From: Bilabrum cf. latius
Lineage: Eukaryota
Length of the DNA stretch: 64,000 nt
Assembly: GCA_965178125.1 (NCBI GenBank)
Contig: OZ237773.1
Coordinates: 1 to 64,000 of the forward strand
Direction: 5' to 3'
Below, one piece after another: positions 38,701 through 49,500 of this stretch; position 1 is the stretch's first letter; every line of letters starts with the position of its first letter. The notes under the pieces were generated by a model that was not told the origin of the DNA, searched no databases, and saw only the letters and a program-made list of their open reading frames with translations. The position numbers and the translations under genes are program-made.

Positions 38701-40184
38701 GCCGAGAGCCGCCAGGGATACGAGCTCGTCACACCCGCCGCATCCCCCCTCCCTCGCTCCACGTCGAGCCCAAGCTTCATGCGCTGGTCCAGGACCCTGG
38801 TCTCGGTGGCGGCAGACACAGAGTCGTACACCAGGAATGGCACCAGAGACCCAGCCTGCGGCCAGCCCGCCCAACCGTGCTGGGCGGCGCCCGCACGGGC
38901 CCCCTGAATCTGCCGGTAGGCCCTGCATGCAGGGTGGCTAAAGTCGTACCCCGTCAGCACGCACAGGTTGGCCAGCACCTGGCACGCCTTCCCTGCCCCT
39001 GCCCCCCGCTGCTCCAGCTCCCTCAGAGCCCTCGCCCCCTCTGTGCCCGTGGACATGCCCTGGTCCCCGATCCAGGACCCCCCTCCGCCCAGGGACTCAC
39101 CCGCGCCCACCCCCGCCAGGATCGGTCCCCTGCTGACCCAGCACGCAGCCGCCGCCCGGAGGTACAGCGCCCGCATGGCCAGGGACTGGATGGGTCCCAC
39201 AGTCGCACCAGTGGCTCCCCCCTCCGAGGGGGGCTGCCTGACGTCCTCAAAGGTGACGGCGGCGGCGGCGGCGTCCCCAAGCCCCGCGTCTTCCAGCGCC
39301 ACCACAACGTCCTGGGGAACACAGGAGGGCCCGGCTCCGGATCCGGCCTCCTCCACCCCTGAGGACACGTACCCCGCCCCGCACCGACACACCCCGTCTG
39401 TGCCCATGCTGGCCCGGGGATCAGAGCATCCCCTGCACATGTAGGGGTCGGGCGCGTACGCCCCCACACCCCCCCGTGTCCCCGCCGCGTCCAGGGGCCA
39501 GAAGGCTCGCTGACCCGATGGGCACGGGACACATGCCTTGCGGGAGGGGGCGGCGGCGGAGGCAGCTGCATCTGCCAGGGAGACTGGGGTGTTCACGAGG
39601 GTCGCATTGGCCCCGCCTGTCCCCACAGTGGGGGCCACAGCGGAGAGAGCAGCGACGCCTTGCGGGGCGTCGGTCAGGACGTACCCAGCAGGACACGTGC
39701 ACTCGAGCGTGGTGCCGTTGAGCACGGACGAAAAGTCGGGTCGCCCGGGGACGGTCCCCGGCAACGGGCACTGCATGCAGCGGGTGCCGTCCCTGGAGGC
39801 GGCCCGCCCGTCCGCCGCGCACTGCCGGCACGGCGGCCGGATGCACGCAGCGGGAGACGTGACGTCGCAGGTAGAGGAGTTCGTCGGGATCTCAAGGGCG
39901 TACCCGGGCCCACATCTGCAGCCCATCGCGTCTCCGAGCACCCCGACAGATCGCACGTCGGGCATGGCGGGCGCGTCCGTGTCCGTGCTGCCAAGCACCG
40001 AAAAGCGACCGGCGCACGGCAAGCACTGGAACGCTGCGCCGTCGCGCGCGGCCCCGCCAGCGCTCGTGATGCTACCATCGCAGTACTCTAGCTCGAGTTC
40101 TTGCGATTGCTGAGCCCGTGCACCAGAGAAACATACCGCAACCAAAGCAAAAGGTGCAACCGAAGCAACAAGTAAGCGTCGCAT
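35769..40184 (-). CDS. TMEM67: Meckelin (TMEM67/MKS3), ciliary transition zone
   Basis: Signal peptide, Cys-rich ectodomain, CQVLANLCVL, DIFFLDWE, ISVWRTLFMANEWSEIQ, FIDLCTVAKVS and HGYYLH. C-terminus G*ANLAEKTLVDERFLD-TGA is reached only through 8 TAG codons. Confidence 0.95.
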
Positions 40185-40464
40185 GGTTGGATCGACACTC
40201 CGAAGGTCACGCCGCACTTCACGTGGACACTCCCTCGCGTTAACTTTCAGCAAGTGGCCTAGCCACGGCATATGGTGATTGCAGGTCTCGAAAATAGCGG
40301 AAAATAGGCAGCCGTTTGAAACCGAATTTGTAGCGTGTAGATTTGCCAGAAAAGGTCCGTTGCATGCGAATCGCAGTAGACAAGGGCGAACAGCCCGAGC
40401 ATCAACCATTTCACGCATCATCATATACATTCATAGGTAACTCAAGCGAACTGGCCTTGCGACG
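40185..40464. promoter_or_regulatory. Probable bidirectional promoter region between TMEM67 and CCDC39
   Basis: About 280-bp AT-richer interval between divergent start codons; inferred from geometry only. Confidence 0.5.
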
Positions 40465-43400
40465 ATGGCATCTAGCGGGGATGGCGCCCCTGGGTAGGAT
40501 CGTGAGCAGGATGTACCATTGGCAGGTGGCGAAGCAACGGGAGGAGAGGTGCCTGAACACCGCGGGGGCGATCCGTACGATGAATCAAATGCTTAGGCGC
40601 AAGGAGGCGACGGAGATGCGGGCGGCGGTGGCGGAGCGCCAGCCGGCGGGTACTGGGGGTACGGGGACGGCGGGGCCGGCGGACAGGACGACGATGTCGA
40701 GGATAGCAGCGACGAAGACAGCGAAGACGAGGACCTTGATCACGAACTGCCCGATTTTGCGTCCAGAGAGACCCGCGCCCTGATGGAGACCGTGAAGCAA
40801 GCAGAGGCGAGCACGGAACAGTACGAATCGCAGGCTGAGCAGCACAAGGACCGGCTGCAGGTCATGCAGGAGCACTTGAAAAACGTCAGGGCCGAGCTCA
40901 AGCAGACGCAATCTCTCCTCTCTGCCCGCCGCCGCGCCATCGAGCAGGAGGACAGGGCGCGGGCGCTCGCCGAGCGGGAGATCGGTCGGTGCAGGGCAGA
41001 CCTGGCAGAGCTGGACGCGCGCGCGGAGGATGTGGCCGACGCGATGGCCAGCAAGCAGGCGGACATCCACCGCGGGCTGGAGAAGCTCGAAGACTTCAAG
41101 GCGAAGAGCGAGATGACGCAGGAGCAGCTGCAGCAGTGGGCTGCCGCTGCCGCGCAGAAGGAAGACGACGCTCTGGCGCTGGCCCGGTATGCAAAGGCGG
41201 ACGAGGGCAAGATCAAGGAACTGTCGCTGGCGCTGGAGAAGCTCGCCCAGGCCGTGGATGCCCGCAAGAAGGCCCTTGAACAGGCGGTCACCTCCACCCA
41301 GGGCAAGCAGGCGGAGCTGGACTCGGCGGCGCAGGACTTCCAAGCGCTGCATGCGGAGCGCGAGAAGCTGCTCGAGCAGCTGGCGGCCGCAGTCCGTGAC
41401 ATCAGACGCAGGGACGAGGCGATCGCGGAGCAGGGGAGGGCCTACGCGGCCGCCCGGCAGAGGGTCCGGGACAGACGAGAGGCCGTGGACAGGCTGGCGG
41501 CGGCCCAGGCCCGGCAGGAAGCAGACAACAAGGAGGTGGAGCTGCAGACGGAGCAGGCGGGCCGCGACCTGGGGGCCCAGAGGCTGCAGCTGAACAGGGC
41601 GCAGGAGATGCTGCAGGCGGCCGAGGACGAGGCGGCGCTGCAGAGGGCAGAGGTGGGCAAAGCGGCAGCGGAACTTGCGCGGCGCCGCACGGAGCGGGAC
41701 CAGCTGCGCGAGTCGATCGGGCAGTCCGAGGAGAAGCTTCGGGCTGCGCTGGCCAAGGAGGAGGCCGCGGGCAAGCGGAAGGCCGAGGCAGTCAGACGTG
41801 CCTCCAAGCTGGGTAAAGAGGCAGACAAGAGGGCCATCCAGCTGGAAGAGCAGAAGATGGCGCTGGAGCGGCTGGAGAGGGAGTGCGCCCAGGCCAGGGA
41901 GCGGTAGTTCCGGTTTGGCGAGGAGCTGGCGGCCCTCCGTCGGCAGGAGGAGGAGCTGGCCCAGGGGATCGCAGGGGCCCACTCGGCCGGTCGCAACCTC
42001 CAGCAGGAGCTGGGCAAGCTGGACAAAGAGGCGGCCCGGCAGGCCGAGCTGGTGTACGCCGCCGAGTTCCAGGTGCAGGCCATGGAGCGGAAGCTGGCCC
42101 GCGTGTCTGGGCACGTGAGCGACGAGGAGAAGGTGCGGCTGGAGGCCAGGCAGGGCGAGCTGAACGAGGAGCTGAAAGGGGCCGAGGGGGTGAAGGCTGA
42201 CCTGCAGCTGCAGCTGCGGCGCATGGAGGATGAGGCCAGGAGGGCGAGGAGGAGGCAGAGGGAGCTGGACGAGTCAGTGGCGAAGGCCAGGGCCGCCATC
42301 GCAGAGGTGCAGCTGCAGGCACGGGCGGGGGAGTCGGCGCTCAAGGCGGCAGCCAAGGAGCGGGACGAGGCGCAGGTGGAGCACGACGTGGTCAAACTGG
42401 ACGTGCGGAGGCTGAGAGCGGCGCTCGCTGCCGCCAGCGACGCCGTGTTTGGCCTGGAGAACCGGTCGGCCCAGCTGCAGCTGTCCATGCAGGAGCGTAG
42501 GAAGGAGGTGGAGGCGCAATCCCAGCTGCAGAGGGCGGAGTTCAGGCTCGCCGAGGAGGCCAGGCACAAGGCGGCGCTGGACCTGAGGGAGAGGGAGGCC
42601 AAAGTGGGGGCGCTTAACCGGAAGTACGAGGCCGTCCGGGCCAAGGGTCTGGGCGCGGCAGCGGCCGCTGCGGGCGAGTCAGTGTCGGAGGGGAAGGACG
42701 GTGGCGGGGGCGGGGAGCCGCGGTCTCAGGCGTACTTCGTGATCCGGGCGGCGCAGCGGCGGGAGGAGCTGCAGCGGCAGGGCGATGAGCTGAACGCGGC
42801 CGTGGAGGGGGCCAAGCGGGAGGCGGCGGCGCTGCGGTCCACGCTCAAGAAGCTGCAGAAGCGAAATGCCGTATTCAGGCAGAGCTTCCGGCCGGCGGAC
42901 GGGACGACGCAGGCCGAGAAGGCGGCACGGCTGGAGCAGGAGGCGCAGGAGGCGACAGACGCGGTGTTCCGGTCCAAGCGTGCCCTGCAGCGGGCAGCCG
43001 CAGACATCGAGGCAGCGAAGGCGCGGGCCACGGATGCGTCGAGGAGGGAGGCAGCTCTACGGGGCAGGTCTGACGAGTTGGAGGCGAGGAGGAGGCAGGC
43101 GGAGGAGGAGCTGGAGGCGGCGCGGGAGAGGGCGCAGGCTGCGGAGGAGGCCGTGGGGGAGGCTAGGGCGGCTCTGGTGCTGGCGATGGAGGGTGGGGAT
43201 GGCGGTGATGGGAATGGTGGTGGGAGTGCTGCGGGGGGACACCAGGAGGGCAAGGGGTAGGAGGAGGCGGAGGAGGTGCGTGCGGCGGGCGCGGCGGGGC
43301 TCGGCACGCGAGGGGGGGCCACTGCGGTGGAGGAGGCAGCGGTGCGGGCCGAGGCACTGAGGGCCAATGCGGCCGCGGTGATGTTCACCTTGGGGCAGCT

Positions 43401-43521
43401 AGCGAGGGAGTTTCCAGCCATGCGGCCGGCGTTGCGATAGGCGGCCCAGAGGCGCGGCCTGCGGGTGCCGGCCAAGAAGCCGCCCAGGGCGAGCACCGAT
43501 GTGCCGGCCGGCGCCAGCTGA
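40465..43521 (+). CDS. CCDC39: Coiled-coil domain-containing protein 39 (axonemal 96-nm ruler, FAP59)
   Basis: LPDFAS, MQEHLKNVRAEL, AQKEDDALALARYAKADEGKIKEL, YAAEFQVQAMERKLAR and SQAYFVIRAAQRREELQRQGDEL. In-frame TAGs include 41905, 43258 and 43438; ends TGA. Confidence 0.92.
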
Positions 43522-43828
43522 CCGTGTCTTGCAATGGCTCGTCGTAATCCTCGAATCTGTTGCATTGGCGCTTCTTCTTCTTTTTTTTTGCTCGGTCCAG
43601 CCAATAACCCCACCACTTGCCGAGCATCTAGCCGGTAAATCTTAGCAGCGATCCACCACGCGTGCACAGCACGGGCTGCACCGGCAGCCCGGCCCCTGCC
43701 CCTGGCCCACCGGTTCCGGGATGCACTTTCTTCCAGTGGTTCCGGTGTTGGCAACAGAGGTCCAGCAACTTGCATGACCGATTCGCAGCCGTTTCACCTC
43801 GGTTTTATTATTTCCCATAGGTATCCCA

Positions 43829-45913
43829 ATGGCCTGGTCGGCTGACAAGTGCGCGTTTGTGGTTCGAGACGGTACTGAGCGTGTTGCTGTTGCGGATAGA
43901 GTGTCGCTGATCTTCGGTCACCTGTTGGCATCGATTGGTCACAACGTACCACTTATTATTGCGATATCTGGTAATTGCAAGAGCGGGAAGTTACCTTTCG
44001 CAAGGCTACTGGCTGCTAAGCTCGGCCGCCGGTGCATGGGTGCAGCCGATCTCCCCGGGAAGGAGGCCAACGTTGCAGAAAGTGCTGCCGTAGTTGTTCG
44101 CGCAGAAGCTGTTTTTGGTTCTGTTATCACAACAACGCCAAGAAAGGGTGGCAGCGGTGCCGATGATTCCATAGCATTTGGTGTGAAGCACTTGGTGTCT
44201 GCCGCAAGCAAGGCTGCAATGGTTTGTGTTACTGGTCGCAGCCACAACCAGGTCCTCCAGGTGTCTCGAGCTTTGCATGCAGCAATTTCGCATACTGGTC
44301 GTACTGCCCACAAGGCTCGTGGGGTTGGTTTTAGCGACAGTGCATTCCGCCTTGCATCGTTGCAGCAGCACCTGCCAGTGCCTCTGGTGGCGGTTCACAT
44401 CCAAGACGCCGGGATTCAGGAGCAGCAAGTCATACTGAGAGACTGGGAAATTCCTAGAGCAGCGGTTGCCATGGGTCTGGTCTCTGCCGGTCGCCGAGAC
44501 ACGCCCCTACCATCGGCTGCAAGCACCAGCAGAATCCAGCAGCAGAAGCAGTGCCCACTGGCAGCCCGCGAGCTTGAAGCGGCAGTGCTGCGAACGGGAT
44601 GGATCGGGAAGGACACGGCACCAGCAGCCGTCATCACGCGCGCACTCATCACAGAGCACGCCCTCGACAGCCTCTGCAGGTGCTACGTGAGGCCAGAGGG
44701 ACACCTGGGGTCAAGGCGACCGAGAGTGGCAGGGGATGCGTCCGTCGGGTCGTAGCTGGGCAGAATTGCCACTCGTGTCGTGGGCTGGCACATCTATACA
44801 CAGGCGCGAATCGGCACCGCTGGCAGTGGGCGATGCAGCAGTCTAGGTTCGATTACGTCGGCAGATTTGCCTGGCCTCATGCAGGAGCCGCCGATCGCAC
44901 CCTATGCAGTTCCTGGTCCCTTGCGTGGCATACAAGGCCCGACTCGCATCGTATGGCCCGCTTCGTGCGCTCGTGTTGCGCGGGATCGTCAGCGACTGTG
45001 CTCGCGTGGCGATCCGTTCACCGCCGCAGAAGCCACGGCCAAACCACAAGATGGCAGTTCTGGCTTGGGTAGAGCTGAGATGATGAAGGGGTTGGGTAAG
45101 CAAGATCCCCTGTGCTTCCCAGTGGGTCGGTCGGTTGCACTGGCTGCGGATGGGGAAGGGTGCGGCACGATCGTTGTGGTGGACGCTTGGATCGACGGCG
45201 GGACGACTGCATCCACCGGTGACTCAATGCGCGGTGCGTTGCAGCTGCCGCGGTCCATCAGAACAACTGGATCCATGGGGCAGTCGATGGCTGAGTCCGT
45301 GCACGTGGCATTCTCGCTGGCCAAGCGGGTCATGATAGGCGCTGCATGTGGTGCCATGAGGGCGGCGAGGGGTACAGCTGCCAAAGCGCAGGATGCGGGA
45401 AGTCTGGGAGAGGAACCACCGCGCAAGACGATGGATGCACACTGTATGCCCTCCGATCAACCGTGCTCAGTCCTGCACGTGCACCTGTGGCGAGGCGGGC
45501 AGAAGAAGGACGGCCCATCTGCCGGCATTGCCTTCCTCATCGCGATCCTGTCTGCCATGTCTGGCATCGCTCCGATTCATCACTGCTGCACCGGGGAAGT
45601 CACTCTATCCGGAGATATCCTTGCAGTCGGAGACATACGCTCCAAGGTGCATGCTGGTGTCGCCGCTCTGGCACCATCGCACGATGTATTGGCGGGGCTC
45701 CGGGGAGACTTGCAACCACAGGCAGGTGTTGGGCGGGCCAACCGCGCCGGTGTTGTAGTGGTACCGATGGCCAACCGGGCCACAGTTGCATCGCTTCCGG
45801 ATGTGGAGATAGGGGCCGGGGCTGTCAAGATTGTTGGGGCGAGCTCAGTGAATGTGGCGCTGGCGTGTGTGGGGCTTGGAGGGGTTCTGGCGAGGGAGGA
45901 GGCAAGGCTATGA
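43829..45913 (+). CDS. Lon protease-like protein (peptidase S16 domain, degenerate AAA+ region)
   Basis: TGSMGQSMAES, HVHL...KDGPSAG (catalytic Ser) and TGEVTLSGDILAVGDIRSK (catalytic Lys); N-terminal ISGNCKSGKL resembles a broken Walker A. One TAG at 44753-44755 joins the two ORFs; ends TGA. Confidence 0.82.
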
Positions 45914-46072
45914 TACTTGGGTAGGCAGGCTCGGGTGTGGGGCTTGGAGGGGTTCTGGCGAGGGAGGAGGCAAGGCTATGATACTTGGGTAGGCAGGCTC
46001 GTGTGTGGGGCTTGGAGGGGTTCTGGCGAGGGAGGAGGCAAGGCTATGATACTTGGGTAGGCAGGCTCGGGT
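45865..46072. repeat. Tandem repeat, 3 x 68 bp, spanning the Lon-like stop codon
   Basis: GTGTGGGGCTTGGAGGGGTTCTGGCGAGGGAGGAGGCAAGGCTATGATACTTGGGTAGGCAGGCTCG recurs at 45867, 45935 and 46003. Confidence 0.93.
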
Positions 46073-46522
46073 GATAGGGGCTAGGATGCACAGCGGTGGA
46101 CTGGGGTCTATTCCTGACTAGATTCGAATGACTCGGCTTGAGGCGCATTTCCTGCTCTGCCCTGGCCCTGGCCATGGGCAAGCAGTGGGCACTGCTTGCC
46201 CATGTCACCGTCCAGTGTGGATGCGGGTGCAACGAGACAGGGAGAGATCCTTACGCGTCGAGAAAGAGTTGCCTAGGAACTTAATTTGGATAGACCATGC
46301 TTGAGTGTGTTGAATTCAAAGCTCTTACGATTGGCTCCACTTCAAATTTGTGCCACAGTGGTGCCCGGTTTAGCCGCGCAGTGGTTCCGCAACCTGCGGT
46401 TCGTTCGTTCTGTTTTCATGCTGCATTGTTTGAGTTGATTTCAACAAATATTAGAACCCAGCCCCCGGAGCCTACACTTTGCACCTTCACACGGGGGCAT
46501 CGTAGAGCTGTTTGTACGGGAA

Positions 46523-49500
46523 ATGTCTCATTCTAGCGGATCCAACGAACTAAACATCCACAATGGGCAGACAGCTGCTCGGAGCGGCACCGAAACTGGC
46601 TTGCTTGTTGCTGCGGCTCCGCTTCAAGCCAACAGTCCTCCCGGTGATGGAGTGTTGCAGACCGCCTCAAGCCAGCAGGTGAACGAATCAGGGACCGTAA
46701 TCCAACGAGCACAAGGACATCCACAAATAGTGTATGGTTCAGCTGGCGCTCCGTCCTCCAAAGGGCCTGACATTGAAAAAAAACCTCGATCAACTTTCAC
46801 CCAAATCGAGTCCCGTGCGCGAGGGGGTTCTCAATCAGAAGAGTAGTCGGAACGGGCCATTGCTGACGACCTCGGCCTCGGCAATGGGCCCAAGAAAGGC
46901 GCTGAGGTGGCTGTGGCAACAGGGTACCAGCCAGTTCCAGAGCAGCCCGACATTTACGAGGCAGCCAGCATGGCGGGTGATGCAGCGGCCCATCAACCAG
47001 CAGGCGGCCATCCCTCTGTGGCCGAAGCTTACACGTCAATTCCCGATCAGATTCCCGGTAGTGGTGGAGTGAGTGCCGGTCCGGTTCTATTGCCAACTGA
47101 AGGAGCCGAAGCTGACACTGTCTCGCCAGGTGCTTCTTCCACAACCTCCTCAAGAGCGGAAAAGGAGCGTGTTCTTCTACAAGGGTCTCACGGTGCATCC
47201 AGACCGGCTGCATCTGGTGCGGGTGCTGATGGTGGCCATTCTAGCGCTGGGCGGGGAGCCATGAATGGAATACTTGCCCCGTTCAACAGCGGCGGTGCTG
47301 CAGGTCGCCAGCCTGGTTTTTTGGCAGCCAAGCGCACGGTGGCTCTCTACCCGCACGAGCAGAAGGAGCGCACGCAAAAGCTGGAGAAGATTGGTCAGCT
47401 GTTTCAGGCCGACGTGCAGAAGGCGCTGGAGGGCTTCCCCGAGGTGGAGATGCTGTGGAGGGGCGATGATCCCGTTGGCTTCACCGATGGGGACAAGGCC
47501 AAGATCGAGGAGGCCCTGGGTCTCAAGTTCATCGATGCGGGCGGTAAGGCTGGGGGCATCAAGGCTGTGCATGAAGGCCTGGGTCTGTTCCTGAAGTTCG
47601 CCTTCGACCACTTGTGCATCTACGGCAGCACGCGCATGGCGGCCAAGGCGGCGAAGCGGGAGGCGGCGGCGAGTCGTTGGGTACACGCGATGGACAGCGT
47701 GCACGTGTCTACTCCTCTAATGGAGTGTGTGGACCTGCCTCTGCGTGTGATGGGAGGCACTGACCGGGTTATACGGGTGCAGGTGTATGCCAAGGTTAGC
47801 GTGAAGGGGAAAGAGACGATGCGAGTGGGTTCCGCCGACGGCTGTAAGTCAATGCACGAGGATGCGGAGCAGGTGTCAGATGTGGTGGAGCCGCTGGCCA
47901 GGCATTTCTGCATTGCACCTTACGATCGCACGCTCGGCACTTGTTATGTGCACTCATACAGCAGGGCGAGCTCTGCACCAAAGAGCACGTTCTTTGATGT
48001 GCTCGAGTCTATTGGCATGGATTCGGCAGCCGTGCAAAGGATCAAGAGCGCCTGTGACCCGAGGCATCTAGAGCTCACCGAGGAGGCCAAGAGGAAGCTT
48101 TCAAATAAAGAACGGGCACTGGCCCAAGCTGTATACGATGCCATCAAAGACACCGGGGCAGTCTTGGACTACAGATGCGTTGCTAACGGTGGCGTAATGC
48201 ATCGCGTATTGACGAAGCTGGACAGCCCAGTGAGGCTACGCTTGCCTTTCGACGTGGAGGTCCACCAGCTTGCCAGCGGCTAGAGGATGGTGCTTGACAC
48301 GCATCGGTTGCTGATCCCAGACGGGCCGTGGATGAAATGGATGAGATCTGATGAGGCTAAACCCAGGGTCTATGCCATTGTTCTGGGTAGGGATGGCAAG
48401 TGGCATCCAGTCCGTGGCCAACTGGCATTAGATCCTCGCAAGCCATCCAAATACAGCTCATCGTCGCTGTCTGAACTTTTGTGTGAGTGGTGGACGAAAG
48501 AAGGAAGGAGCGCTATTGCCAGCGCTGGTTCCGACCATTCCATCGAAATTTCATTTCCCAAAGAGGGTACGGTTGACCACGTGGACTCTGGCTGCGCTTC
48601 ATTCCAGGGCATTGATACAAGCGGCTAGGTGACAGCCCTGGGCTTGGTGTCATGTCCTCGGTGGTACTACTGCGGCAACAGGAGGCTGACTTGCCTGCTG
48701 CCACCTGAAGCTAGCACCCGTCTGCGCGCCGTGATGGGGACTGATTTCCGGGGGCTTTGCCCTGACTTGATCATGAGTGAGAGCGACGGTGGGGCTGCCA
48801 GCTCGAGGGCAAATGAGGCGATCGGAAGGCTGTACGACGAGGCCAGGTCTCGTGGCATGGACAGGTATACTGAATGCTTATCCGTGTAGAAGACAAGCAT
48901 GCCTGGCTTTGACCCTGCCAGCAATCATGCGGCTCACCGGACCGTACTCAAGCGAACAATGCACTCTATGGGGCTGGGGCTGCGACATGTGAGGCTACTG
49001 GTGGATTCATGCACTGACGGTGCACTGCGGGCGTCGATCGTCAGGACGATGTGCGCAGGTGCAATGAGAAACGCAGGCAGGCTAGCGAACGTGCTGGATC
49101 AGATGGGGACTGGGTGCAGTCGGGAGTTTATCGAAAACACCACGGCTGCGGCTGTTTGTTTCGCAAGCAAGGGAATCTCGGTAGGTCCAGGATCATTGGC
49201 GGGCCTGAAGTGGGATGAACGTATCAAAGCACGCTTGTCTGAACCTTGTGCTGGAACTGGACTCGCTGCCGTAGGAGGTGCGTACCACTGGTCGCCGCAG
49301 TCCGCCGCTCTGTCGCTCGTGGCAGAGCTCAAGCACATCCAGCAAGTGGGAGGTAATGGGCAGGACAATGCGCTGGCTGCACTGAGCAAGCTAGCCAAGC
49401 GCTCATCAGGCATGCACGCCGTGGAGCTGGCTGCAACGGCAGCACGTGCACAGTTAGCAGCGAAGAATGAAGAGTACTAGGCCTAGTCTAGTGCCACTGT

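Noticed and set aside
40185-40430. Upstream extension of TMEM67 in the ORF track
   Set aside because: The signal peptide begins at Met 40184; the extension is more likely promoter/UTR.
13616-43521. Cluster of pseudogenes with premature stops
   Set aside because: All interruptions are TAG, frames are preserved, motifs continue downstream, and several genes are essential.
13616-43521. TAG as pyrrolysine, Leu or Glu, or ciliate-type TAR=Gln
   Set aside because: TAG falls at Gln-conserved sites and swaps with CAG; no in-frame TAA was found in conserved genes; no pyl genes are present.
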